64,000 nucleotides of DNA from a virus: the IMG/VR virus record IMGVR_UViG_3300028800_002449. One strand, given 5' to 3'. The notes under the pieces were generated by a model that was given only the letters and a program-made list of their open reading frames with translations, was not told the DNA's origin and ran no database searches. Position 1 is the first letter of the stretch; each line of letters opens with the position of its first letter. This document shows positions 9,573-16,953 of this stretch, piece after piece. Position numbers and translations under genes: made by a program.

Positions 9573-10275
9573 CGGGTTCTTCCTCGTCGACCGCGACAAA
9601 AGGATTCGAGTCGAGATCGGACGCCCCGTCAAAGCCCTCGTCGGGCAACACATGCTTGCAGAGCTTACCGACAAGGCGCGTCTCGAAGATGAGATCTGGA
9701 CCGCCAGCCTCAAGCAAGACCCCATCATCAGGCTCATGTGGACCCGTAAGGAATGGCTCTCCGGGCTCGGCATCAGCGAAGCGCCTCCTCTGCAACAAAC
9801 AGTCGCTCCACCCTCTCCTCAGCTCAGGAACACCAAGGACTCCGTCCTCTGGGGCAAGATCTCCGCGGACGTCGATGCGATCGTCGCCGAGAAGGTTGGC
9901 GACCCGCTCCTCCTCGAAGAGATCTCGACATGGTTCAGGATCGAATTCGACGGGCTCGTCAGATCTCTTTCTCACAGGCTCGGTCGGATCTCGCAGGAGA
10001 AGGCCCACGCCGAGGTCAACAGGATCCAATACGTCGCAGCCTGCCGGATCCTCCACGTCGATCCTGTCGGCGTGGGAAAGCCCATCGACATCGCCATTGC
10101 AAAGGCCGCCAAGAAGAAGCTAATGCGCGCCTACCACCCTGACCTCAACGACGGCGACGTCACGATGCAGAGCCTCTGCGACTCGATCATGGATGCCTTC
10201 GACACCATCGAGTCCTACGCAGATCAGATGAAGAAGCTCGGGAAGAACGACAAAAACAACGTGGAGGTCACATGA
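9554..10275 (+). CDS. J-domain-like protein, paralog 3 (probable GTG start)
   Basis: EVNRIQYVAACRILHV ... AKKKLMRAYHPD ... IMDAFDTIESY; GTG start after an AAGAGAG Shine-Dalgarno-like sequence, overlapping the end of paralog 2. Confidence 0.5.
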
Positions 10276-10622
10276 TCGAACAATCAGAAGAGCCCTGGTT
10301 CTCTCCGGTCCTCCACGAGGGCCACGAAGTCGTCGGCACAGTCGTCGGCCACGGCTTCATCCACTTCTCCGAGGGGGCAGCACGTACCCGCTACTATCGA
10401 CTCAAATGCGAAGACGAATGCATCGCCCACACCTACTCGGACGTCGTCGCCGTCAGCGCGGGCGACATCATCAGGGTGCCCTATCCCCCTCACGAGCACA
10501 CGGTGCTCGCCGTCGGCACGCGCGTGAAGATCAGCGTGCAGAAGAAGGTCCGGAACAGACCTCTCATGGGCAGTACCGCGATGTACTGCGTGGCGAACTT
10601 CGCCGTCACGGGGAACGCCTGA
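10272..10622 (+). CDS. hypothetical protein (116 aa)
   Basis: ATGA start/stop overlap with the upstream gene. Confidence 0.45.
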   Translation: MIEQSEEPWFSPVLHEGHEVVGTVVGHGFIHFSEGAARTRYYRLKCEDECIAHTYSDVVAVSAGDIIRVPYPPHEHTVLAVGTRVKISVQKKVRNRPLMGSTAMYCVANFAVTGNA

Positions 10623-10627
10623 AATAG

Positions 10628-10701
10628 TACCGGCTAGGAGACTCGAACTCCTAACATGCTGGTTCTGAACCAACCGCCTCTTCCAATTGGGCTAAGCCGG
10701 C
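10628..10701 (-). tRNA. tRNA with anticodon CAG (reads CUG) but a class-I structure with a short variable loop; atypical
   Basis: Hand fold: acceptor GCCGGCT/AGCCGGT, T-arm AGGAG-TTCGAGT-CTCCT, anticodon loop TTCAGAA, 5-nt variable loop, 3-bp D-stem. Confidence 0.5.
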
Positions 10702-10706
10702 GTTTG

Positions 10707-10789
10707 TGCGAACGGGGGGACTCGAACCCCCACGGTCTTTCGACCACCAGCACCTCAAGCTGGCGCGGCTACCACTACGCCACGTTCGC
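10707..10789 (-). tRNA. tRNA-Leu(GAG), class II
   Basis: Anticodon arm CCAGC-TTGAGGT-GCTGG, long variable arm, T-arm GGGGG-TTCGAGT-CCCCC; close to E. coli tRNA-Leu. Confidence 0.75.
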
Positions 10790-10795
10790 AGAACT

Positions 10796-10942
10796 TCAAT
10801 CGATCGGATCTCCGCAGCTGCCACACCACATGTGGATGCCCTTCATCTTCGGCACCGACATCTTCCTGCAACTGGGGCAGAAGGCCTTCGCCTTCTTCGT
10901 TTCGTGCTTCAGCTTGATCGCGATCGTCTTCTTCTTCGGCAT
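10796..10942 (-). CDS. mini Zn-ribbon protein (48 aa, MPKKKTIAIKLKHETKKAKAFCPSCRK...CGSCGDPID)
   Basis: C-terminal part of track ORF 10796..11287; sits between tRNA-Leu and tRNA-Asp; CxxC...CxxC. Confidence 0.3.
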   Translation of the reverse strand: MPKKKTIAIKLKHETKKAKAFCPSCRKMSVPKMKGIHMWCGSCGDPID

Positions 10943-10959
10943 CAAGCTGAAGCTACAGC

Positions 10960-11033
10960 GGAACCAGGGGGATTTGAACCCCCGATCTCCTGCGTGACAG
11001 GCAGGCGAGAACTCCAGGCTTCTCCATGGCTCC
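10960..11033 (-). tRNA. tRNA-Asp(GTC)
   Basis: Anticodon loop CTGTCAC, anticodon stem CCTGC/GCAGG, T-arm GGGGG-TTCAAAT-CCCCC. Confidence 0.75.
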
Positions 11034-11037
11034 AAAA

Positions 11038-11586
11038 TCAGAAATGTGACCTCAAGAATCTTCTCAGATGCGTGCCCACGAGGACGGCATCTGCCTTGGG
11101 ATGAACGTCGAGGCGGCTCCTGATGTTGCTCGCCTGACAGAGCCATCCCGCGCCGTGGATCTTCCGCGCATCTTCGAAAGACTCCTTCTTCAGTCCTCCC
11201 GTCGACAAGTCGCGACTGTTCCACACTACCCTTTGACGACTCGGCATGAGGTTCATCTGTCGGAGGGAAGTCGGTTCGAGGATGCACTTCGGCATCAGCT
11301 CATAGTGTGGAACTCGTCCCACGACCAAGACGTAGTCGGCCCCGCAACCGAGAGCCGCTCGAACCTCTTCGTCGCTGTCGTGGATTCCCTTCGCGAGGAT
11401 GGGCTTGTTCGTCTGCTTCCTCGCCCTGTAGAGATGGTGGAAGGAACCACCCCACCGCGGGTCCGTATGGATCGACAGCCAGTCACCGGCTTCGCTCGCG
11501 AGGTGGAAGAGGGCTTCCCAGCTCTCCTTGCTCTCCCAGCCGAAGGGCGAGCACGTCTTCACCTCGGCGATAAGAATATGACTCAT
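11038..11586 (-). CDS. indole-3-glycerol-phosphate synthase (TrpC)-like (beta/alpha)8 barrel protein
   Basis: IAEVKTCSPFGW (the TrpC IAExK.aSPSkG motif), LSIHTDPRWGGSF, ILAKGIHDSDEEVRAALGCGADYVLVVGR; trimmed from track ORF 11038..11856, whose 5' part runs into tRNAs. Confidence 0.55.
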   Translation of the reverse strand: MSHILIAEVKTCSPFGWESKESWEALFHLASEAGDWLSIHTDPRWGGSFHHLYRARKQTNKPILAKGIHDSDEEVRAALGCGADYVLVVGRVPHYELMPKCILEPTSLRQMNLMPSRQRVVWNSRDLSTGGLKKESFEDARKIHGAGWLCQASNIRSRLDVHPKADAVLVGTHLRRFLRSHF

Positions 11587-11590
11587 CTCG

Positions 11591-11663
11591 TACGCACGGA
11601 GGGACTCGAACCCTCGATGTCCCGGATGTGAGCCGGGTGCCTTAGCCGCTAGACGACGTGCGC
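11591..11663 (-). tRNA. tRNA-Val(CAC)
   Basis: Anticodon arm CCCGG-CTCACAT-CCGGG; T-arm GAGGG-TTCGAGT-CCCTC. Confidence 0.7.
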
Positions 11664-11675
11664 ATAACAGTTTCG

Positions 11676-11747
11676 TGCGAGCGGCAGGGATCGAACCTGC
11701 GACCCCTTCGATGTCACCGAAGTGCTCTTCCGCTGAGCTACGCTCGC
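11676..11747 (-). tRNA. tRNA-Val(GAC)
   Basis: Anticodon arm CTTCG-GTGACAT-CGAAG; T-arm GCAGG-TTCGATC-CCTGC. Confidence 0.7.
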
Positions 11748-11795
11748 AATATCTGACCTCGACATCATAGTGGATGACGTCGTAATCACGAAGCT

Positions 11796-11871
11796 TGGTC
11801 AGACCGGCGGGACTCGAACCCGCGACCTCATCTTCCCCAAAGATGCGCGCTACCAACTGCGCTACGGCCTG
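11796..11871 (-). tRNA. tRNA-Pro(GGG), genomically encoded CCA
   Basis: Anticodon arm CATCT-TTGGGGA-AGATG; 3' end CGGTCTG-A-CCA. Confidence 0.75.
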
Positions 11872-11873
11872 AG

Positions 11874-11949
11874 TGGTACCAGCGGCGGGACTCGAACCCG
11901 CTACCTCACCGTTATGAGCGGTGCGCTCTTCCAGTTGAGCTACGCTGGC
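11874..11949 (-). tRNA. tRNA-Met (or Ile2) (CAT), encoded CCA
   Basis: Anticodon arm CACCG-CTCATAA-CGGTG; 3' end CGCTGGT-A-CCA. Confidence 0.7.
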
Positions 11950-11952
11950 GTG

Positions 11953-12210
11953 CTACTTCATCGCGAGGAGCATCTTGTAGGCCATCGCCATAGGCGCGCC
12001 GATCTTGCCTGTGTTTTCCAGGCGACCGATCAGAGCTTCAACGGCTTTCCAGGCCTCCGTCTCTGCCCCGTACTGCCTCGCTATTTCAATCATCGTCCTG
12101 ACCTCGTTGTTGTTCACGGTCACGAAGACCGACTTCGTCACCGTCACCTTCTCCTCCAAGATCTTAACCTTCTCGTCGAAGTAGATGTGCTGCCTGTCAG
12201 GGTGTCCCAT
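11953..12210 (-). CDS. small hypothetical protein (85 aa) inside the tRNA array
   Basis: ORF track; fits exactly between two tRNA genes. Confidence 0.4.
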   Translation of the reverse strand: MGHPDRQHIYFDEKVKILEEKVTVTKSVFVTVNNNEVRTMIEIARQYGAETEAWKAVEALIGRLENTGKIGAPMAMAYKMLLAMK

Positions 12211-12261
12211 TGAAGTTGCGTATCTTAGCCAAGATGACGTTCGACCGTCAAAGAGATGCTG

Positions 12262-12336
12262 TGCCCGCGGAGGGACTCGAACCCCCGACCTTTTCGTTCG
12301 TAGCGAAACGCTCTATCCAAGCTGAGCTACGCGGGC
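12262..12336 (-). tRNA. tRNA-Arg(ACG)
   Basis: Anticodon arm TTTCG-CTACGAA-CGAAA; T-arm GGGGG-TTCGAGT-CCCTC. Confidence 0.75.
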
Positions 12337-12342
12337 ATGAAA

Positions 12343-12378
12343 AACTTGACACTATTTTGTATTTTGCTTAAGATACTC
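12343..12378 (+). promoter_or_regulatory. sigma70-like promoter: -35 TTGACA, 17-nt spacer, -10 TAAGAT; carries the conserved TATTTTGTATTTTGCTTAAGATA element
   Basis: Read directly at 12343-12372; a GGAGA Shine-Dalgarno-like sequence follows, then ATG at 12405. Confidence 0.6.
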
Positions 12379-12404
12379 CTAGAACCCACCGAGGAGACAA
12401 CCAC

Positions 12405-12731
12405 ATGAAGCGCATCGTCAGGATCTGCATCGGAGTCGCCATCGCGCTGTTCGGCAGCGCCCTCGCCTCAGGAGCCATCAAAGCTGGTCCCGGCCTCATG
12501 CTCGGAGGCGTCATCTTCGGGGCCGGCTTCGGGGCCGTCGGAGCGCTCGCCTACCTCGGCGGCCGGCAGGACTACGCCGGCCGCATCGGCACCGTCTTCA
12601 TCCTCTTCGTCGGAGGCATCGCCGTCTTCACCCAGAGACAGACGGCTCTCGCCCTCGTCCCCTCCGCGACGGCAGGCCTTCTGGTAGGATTCGCGGTCTG
12701 CCTCACCTTCTTGAACATCTCGGAAGGATGA
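12405..12731 (+). CDS. small Gly/Ala-rich integral membrane protein (108 aa)
   Basis: Four hydrophobic G/A-rich segments; promoter and ribosome-binding site upstream. Confidence 0.6.
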   Translation: MKRIVRICIGVAIALFGSALASGAIKAGPGLMLGGVIFGAGFGAVGALAYLGGRQDYAGRIGTVFILFVGGIAVFTQRQTALALVPSATAGLLVGFAVCLTFLNISEG

Positions 12732-13267
12732 CCATGTTGACGCTCGTCCTCACGCCCCGCCTTCAGTTGTCGTTGTCCTGCAAGATCTGCCGGCAGAACC
12801 GCAACGAAGAGAAGGCTCGGCAAGCGACGATGGACGTCACCCTCTACGGACAAGAGCCGTTCGCCACTTGTCCCTGCTGCCATCAGAAGGTTGAAAGTTT
12901 CACAGATCCTCGGTACCAAGAGAGAGCACGCACCTACTTCGAAAAAGGAGAGACTCAGATGACCATCGCTTCCGCAGCCCCCATCGTGATGAAGGACGAC
13001 GTTTGGATGGACCTCGACCCGCGTGCCAAGGGACGCGAGATCCGCGTCCTCTCGGTCGACGACGACTTCGCTCGATGCAAGCGCGTCTCCGGCACTGGGC
13101 CCGTCACCAAGATCCGCCTCGATCGCTTCAAGCCGAGCCGCGGCGGCGACGGCAAGAAGGGCTTCAAGTTCGTGTCGCGCCCTCCGATCCAGCCCATCAT
13201 CCAGCCGGGCTCGTCCGTCGCGCAGATGCAAAGCATCCACGGTCCTCACGACCTTCAGGCTGACTGA
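12728..13267 (+). CDS. hypothetical protein with N-terminal Cys cluster (179 aa)
   Basis: ATGA overlap with the upstream gene; CKIC...CPCC motif. Confidence 0.5.
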   Translation: MTMLTLVLTPRLQLSLSCKICRQNRNEEKARQATMDVTLYGQEPFATCPCCHQKVESFTDPRYQERARTYFEKGETQMTIASAAPIVMKDDVWMDLDPRAKGREIRVLSVDDDFARCKRVSGTGPVTKIRLDRFKPSRGGDGKKGFKFVSRPPIQPIIQPGSSVAQMQSIHGPHDLQAD

Positions 13268-13276
13268 TCCTATCTG

Positions 13277-13349
13277 TGCGCTCGGAGGGACTCGAACCCC
13301 CGACCCTCGGCTTCGGAGGCCGACGCTCTATCCGCTGAGCTACGAGCGC
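13277..13349 (-). tRNA. tRNA-Arg(CCG)
   Basis: Anticodon arm TCGGC-CTCCGAA-GCCGA. Confidence 0.7.
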
Positions 13350-13355
13350 ATCTCG

Positions 13356-13428
13356 TGCGTCTGGAGGGACTCGAACCCCCGACCCTCAGTTTAGAAAACC
13401 GTCGCTCTATCCACTGAGCTACAGACGC
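13356..13428 (-). tRNA. tRNA-Arg(TCT)
   Basis: Anticodon loop TTTCTAA with a 4-bp stem; an alternative register would give CTA. Confidence 0.6.
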
Positions 13429-13443
13429 AGTACGATCTTCTGC

Positions 13444-14079
13444 ATGAAAAATCTCGCGTTCCCGATCATCGCCGTCGGATGCCTGCTCACAGCCGGCATC
13501 CTCACTCGATGTCCGGCGCCCGTCCCAGCCGTGCAACATCAGCTGACCTTCGCGAACGAGACGTCGTCACCCGCGACAGTCTACGTAGCCTTCGGCTCGA
13601 ACTCAGTCGTCCTGCCTACCAACTGGTCATCCTTCTGCACCGGCAGCGGCCTCAACTGCACCTTCCCGATCGCCGCCAACTCCACGCAGGTGGCACCACT
13701 TGGGGGTCAGTACCTGAACGCCACCATAGCCTTCAACGCGCCCGTGAACTGCGGCTCGACGAAGGCCGAGATGAACATCAACACGTCGAACAACACCGAC
13801 AACTACGACGTCAGCCTCGTCGACGGCTACAGCAACAACGTTAAGATCAACGTCGGCGGGACCATCCTTGGACCACCGAACGACAAGGGCGACAACCAGA
13901 AGGTCTTCGGCCTGTTCCCCTTCGGCTGCGACATCTGCGTCGCTCGCCAGAACCCTCAGTGCGGCATCCCTCGTGGGACTGGCGGCTGCAAGGGCGGAAC
14001 CCAGTACAAGCCGGACGTCCTGTGCCAGTACCAATCGCCCACGCAGGCCGTCCCCGTGAAGATCTCCCTCGTCCCGTAA
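13444..14079 (+). CDS. secreted Asn/Ser/Thr-rich protein with thaumatin-like similarity
   Basis: N-terminal signal peptide (MKNLAFPIIAVGCLLTAGIL); NYDVSLVDGYSNNVKIN resembles the thaumatin DISLVDGFN block; 16 Cys; at least 8 N-x-S/T sequons. Confidence 0.45.
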   Translation: MKNLAFPIIAVGCLLTAGILTRCPAPVPAVQHQLTFANETSSPATVYVAFGSNSVVLPTNWSSFCTGSGLNCTFPIAANSTQVAPLGGQYLNATIAFNAPVNCGSTKAEMNINTSNNTDNYDVSLVDGYSNNVKINVGGTILGPPNDKGDNQKVFGLFPFGCDICVARQNPQCGIPRGTGGCKGGTQYKPDVLCQYQSPTQAVPVKISLVP

Positions 14080-14087
14080 GCTCGAAC

Positions 14088-14120
14088 GGCGACCTCCTCC
14101 TTGGAATCGAGGAGGTCGCC
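14088..14120. terminator. bidirectional factor-independent terminator hairpin (12-bp stem GGCGACCTCCTC / GAGGAGGTCGCC) between convergent genes
   Basis: Perfect inverted repeat with a 9-nt loop between 13444..14079(+) and 14127..14579(-). Confidence 0.55.
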
Positions 14121-14126
14121 CTTCGG

Positions 14127-14579
14127 TCAGTACCGCCGCTTGTGATTGTGGTGAAGGATGCCCTCGTAGTCGACCCAGAACTTCGGGCCGCCGTCGAGGA
14201 ACCAGCCCCTCAGGTACCTCACGCTATCCGGCTTCTCGACACGGTTCACCAGGTGCTCGTAGACGATGTGTCTGCCGGGGAGGGTGTTCGTGTCGAAGCG
14301 CCTGACGATCTCAGAGACGACATCGTCCCAGTGACGGCCCGCGCGAGACGCCAGGAAGCGCTCGCAGGGTCTCGTCTTGTCGGCGTGGATGTCTTCGCGG
14401 TAGTGGGAGTACCTCTCGGGCTCCATCTCCTCGTCGAAGTCGATCGTGCCGACACGCACCGCTCGACAGTAGCGGTGATTCTTGATGCGGAACTCGCGCA
14501 GCGAGATCCTCCTGTCGTACTTGTCGTGGTTGCTCCGACCGCCCTCGATGACGGTCCGAGCCAGATTCTTGGTGGACAT
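14127..14579 (-). CDS. hypothetical protein (150 aa)
   Basis: ORF track. Confidence 0.5.
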   Translation of the reverse strand: MSTKNLARTVIEGGRSNHDKYDRRISLREFRIKNHRYCRAVRVGTIDFDEEMEPERYSHYREDIHADKTRPCERFLASRAGRHWDDVVSEIVRRFDTNTLPGRHIVYEHLVNRVEKPDSVRYLRGWFLDGGPKFWVDYEGILHHNHKRRY

Positions 14580-14638
14580 GTGAACCTCCTAATGAGCTGT
14601 TCGCATGACGCACCTCCTTTCGTGTTCGTTGTTCAGAG

Positions 14639-14713
14639 CGACCCTGGGGGGAGTTGAACCCCACATTTGCTGATTGAGAATCAGCTGTCCTAGCCAAGTT
14701 AGACGACAGGGTC
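14639..14713 (-). tRNA. tRNA-Glu(CTC)
   Basis: Anticodon arm GCTGA-TTCTCAA-TCAGC; discriminator G. Confidence 0.7.
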
Positions 14714-14719
14714 ATGTCG

Positions 14720-14792
14720 TGACGTCGACGGGAGTCGGACCCGCACATGGCAGATTGAAAATCTGCTGGCCTACCAATTAGCCTACGACGCC
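14720..14792 (-). tRNA. tRNA-Glu(TTC)
   Basis: Anticodon arm GCAGA-TTTTCAA-TCTGC; T-loop TCCGACT. Confidence 0.65.
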
Positions 14793-14803
14793 ATACTGAT
14801 TCT

Positions 14804-15250
14804 GTGGAGATGCCGGGAGTCGAACCCGGGTCCAATCAAGCTTGGGTTCAGAGCACTACGAGCGTGTTCAAGATTTCGGGGGCCAGCGTTCTCGACGGAC
14901 GCCGCTGCGGGTTTTCAGCCCACAGAGATTTCTGCCCTCCACCACTCATGATCCCGAGTTCAGTCCTTCCCACTCGGTCGGATAAAGTCCTCGGCGCAGT
15001 CGACATGAGAAAACGTTCGCGCCTCGGAACCCCATTGCTTAGCGTCAGTCCCACTAGGGGTGTGAGCTGGTACTGACGTCCTCTATGCTCTCGCGGGGAT
15101 TAGGCCGCGGCGGCGAGAGGAGCTGCGTATGCGTCGTTGAGGACGCCGTTGTCGTTCGCAGTTGTTTTTGGTCCGCTTTTTACAAGGCCTGCTGACCAAC
15201 CTTGGCTCGCGCTCTGATCTTGTTCTCGACTGTCGAAACCGTTTCATCCC
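14804..15250 (-). ncRNA. ssrA: tmRNA (ssrA), standard one-piece; predicted tag (A)ANDNGVLNDAYAAPLAAAA-stop
   Basis: 5' GGGGATGAAACGGTTTCGAC matches the tmRNA consensus GGGGcUGauUcuGGaUUCGAC. 3' tRNA-like end GGACCCGGGTTCGACTCCCGGCATCTCCA. The 5' GGGGATG pairs with the 3' CATCTCC. Resume codon GCG lies after an A-rich stretch and is followed by a 19-codon frame ending in TAA (plus 15099..15158). Confidence 0.85.
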
Positions 15251-15254
15251 CTTA

Positions 15255-15337
15255 GCTGTGAGGGTGGGACTCGAACCCACAGTTGTCTTTCGACGCGCGG
15301 TTAACAGCCGCGTGCTTTGCCATTCAGCGCACCTCAC
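15255..15337 (-). tRNA. atypical tRNA with anticodon GTT (Asn) and a long variable arm closed by a GAAA tetraloop, with a degenerate D-arm; lies 4 nt upstream of ssrA
   Basis: Acceptor TGTGAGG/CCTCACA, anticodon arm CGCGG-CTGTTAA-CCGCG, 15-nt variable arm (GTC-GAAA-GAC), T-arm GTGGG-TTCGAGT-CCCAC. Confidence 0.45.
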
Positions 15338-15347
15338 AAAAGAATCA

Positions 15348-15542
15348 TCAGAATTTCCACTTCACGTTCTCCACACACGAACAGGGTTTCACCGGAGTGC
15401 CGACTGCACCTCCGATGATGGTCTCGTCGGGCTCTCCCGTCGGCACGAGACGCATCCCCTGACACCTGCGACAGCGACCGACCCGCATCTTACGCCGCTG
15501 CGCGCCCCTCTTCTCGCCCTCTTTCGTTTTTTCTTCGCTCAC
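15348..15542 (-). CDS. small basic Cys-containing protein (64 aa)
   Basis: ORF track; sits between the tRNA-like gene and tRNA-Thr. Confidence 0.3.
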   Translation of the reverse strand: MSEEKTKEGEKRGAQRRKMRVGRCRRCQGMRLVPTGEPDETIIGGAVGTPVKPCSCVENVKWKF

Positions 15543-15579
15543 GCTTCACCCAAACCCATGTCTTGAGTCGTATACATAT

Positions 15580-15655
15580 TGGAGCCGGCGAAGAGACTCG
15601 GACTCTCAACCTGCTGATTACAAATCAGCTGCTCTACCAATTGAGCTACACCGGC
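15580..15655 (-). tRNA. tRNA-Thr(TGT), encoded CCA
   Basis: Anticodon arm GCTGA-TTTGTAA-TCAGC; T-loop TCCGAGT. Confidence 0.7.
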
Positions 15656-15808
15656 AAGACGATATCGGTCGGAGCGCCCCCTCCACCTCGGCAGCATCCT
15701 GAGCTGGGAGGCGAAAGGAAGCTGACTCATACGACGGCCTACCAGTGCCGTCGCCCCAACGGGAGGGGACGCTCACGACCTTCCTTGAAATCTAGTAAGA
15801 TTGTGGGC

Positions 15809-16528
15809 ATGGCCAAGGTCACACCCGAGCTTGCCAGCCGGATAGAGCGTCTCACCAAGAAGTACAGCGAGATGCTCTGCACCTCGTGTCCGACGCCCGA
15901 GTACCAGATCCAGGACAACATCACCTCGAACTGGCTCGGCCTCGCATCCTGGTGGATCACCAGACCGCAGCACACAGTCATCAAGTTCCAGAAGCGCATC
16001 ATCGACGATCCGACGACCTTCGAGCGCATCTCCGCTCACGAATGGATCCACCACGTCAACTACATGACGATCACGGCCAAGGACATCGCCTACCTCCGCG
16101 CCGGCCTCAAACAAGACGGCCACGGCGCCGAGTTCATGAAGTACGCGACCATCATCAACTCCCACATGGGAGCCGACTTCGTGACCCCCGTGTCCGACAA
16201 GTCCTACGTGAAGAGCGAGTCGGGGAAGACGATCAACCTCCTCATCGTGAAGGTACCAAGGAAGAACGCCCTCGCCTGGTCGTGGAACGTCAGGATGACT
16301 CCGAAGGTGAGGAACTGGATCGACAGACGGCTCGCGCTTGGAGACGCCAGGTTCTTGCAGGTCAAGGACGATCACTGGATCATCGGCGCCAAGCTCGACG
16401 GGTACGGCAAGCAGTCCATCGCGCGTGAAGGGGAGGAGACCGAAAAGCTTCTGAAGCTCTATGAGGCCGCCCCTGATCCCAAGGCCGCTGTGACACCGTT
16501 CGGTACCTTGCCGCCGGCCTCTGCCTGA
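15809..16528 (+). CDS. putative zinc metallopeptidase (HExxH), about 240 aa
   Basis: SAHEWIHH motif; ATG after a TAAGAT -10-like element; track ORF 15563..16528 trimmed to the first ATG past the tRNA. Confidence 0.5.
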   Translation: MAKVTPELASRIERLTKKYSEMLCTSCPTPEYQIQDNITSNWLGLASWWITRPQHTVIKFQKRIIDDPTTFERISAHEWIHHVNYMTITAKDIAYLRAGLKQDGHGAEFMKYATIINSHMGADFVTPVSDKSYVKSESGKTINLLIVKVPRKNALAWSWNVRMTPKVRNWIDRRLALGDARFLQVKDDHWIIGAKLDGYGKQSIAREGEETEKLLKLYEAAPDPKAAVTPFGTLPPASA

Positions 16529-16731
16529 GCCGAGGCCTCCATCGACTCCTTCGTGATCCGCTTGCAGTCGGGACACGTCGTCAGCTTCCTCGCCGGATGG
16601 ATCGAGAAGCCGTCGATCTTCCTCACCCCGCATGCGCCCAGCTCGTTCCCGAGGCTGTAGCTCCGCTTGTTGTGGGCCATCGAGGAGCGATGGACGAACC
16701 CGCCCTTGTGCTCCGTGCCGTCTCTCTTCAT
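16459..16731 (-). CDS. hypothetical small protein (antisense overlap with the upstream gene; doubtful)
   Basis: ORF track; CPDC motif; a 70-nt antisense overlap lowers confidence. Confidence 0.2.
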   Translation of the reverse strand: MKRDGTEHKGGFVHRSSMAHNKRSYSLGNELGACGVRKIDGFSIHPARKLTTCPDCKRITKESMEASAQAEAGGKVPNGVTAALGSGAAS

Positions 16732-16774
16732 CTCCGAAGTGTAGATGAATCTTAGGCAAAAGTCAAAATAGTAA

Positions 16775-16878
16775 TGGTAGCGGGGACCGGATTCGAACCG
16801 GTGAAACCGAGGTTATGAGCCTCGTGGGTTTCGAGCCTACCTTTTTAGGGGCAGACCCTCCAGACTTCCCTACCCCGC
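16775..16878 (-). tRNA. atypical CAT-anticodon tRNA-like gene with a roughly 30-nt insertion in the 5' half (pseudo-tRNA or intron-bearing), encoded CCA
   Basis: 3' half is canonical: anticodon arm CGAGG-CTCATAA-CCTCG, T-arm ACCGG-TTCGAAT-CCGGT, CCCCGCT-A-CCA. The 5' acceptor GCGGGG is separated from the anticodon arm by about 48 nt instead of 19. Confidence 0.4.
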
Positions 16879-16880
16879 AG

Positions 16881-16953
16881 AGCCCGCGAGAAGAATCGAA
16901 CTTCCTACCTACCGCTTACGAAACGGTTGCTCTTCCAAATGAGCTACGCGGGC
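16881..16953 (-). tRNA. tRNA-Thr(CGT)
   Basis: Anticodon arm ACCGT-TTCGTAA-GCGGT; T-arm GGAAG-TTCGATT-CTTCT. Confidence 0.7.

Noticed and set aside
10796-11287. 163-aa ORF spanning tRNA-Asp
   Set aside because: Only the C-terminal 48-aa Zn-ribbon segment is free of tRNA overlap; the rest is discarded.
11038-11856. Full 272-aa extent of the TrpC-like ORF
   Set aside because: The N-terminal 89 codons run through tRNA-Val genes; trimmed to the Met at 11586.
14804-14880. The ...TTCGACTCCCGG...CATCTCCA element read first as a tRNA, a two-piece (permuted) tmRNA, or a YrlA-like tRNA mimic
   Set aside because: No 5' acceptor partner lies within tRNA distance. The partner GGGGATG and the GGTTTCGAC box sit 447 nt upstream, as in a standard one-piece tmRNA.
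14804-15076. Track ORFs 14804..15076(+) and 14848..15054(-)
   Set aside because: They lie entirely inside the tmRNA gene and are artefacts of its sequence.
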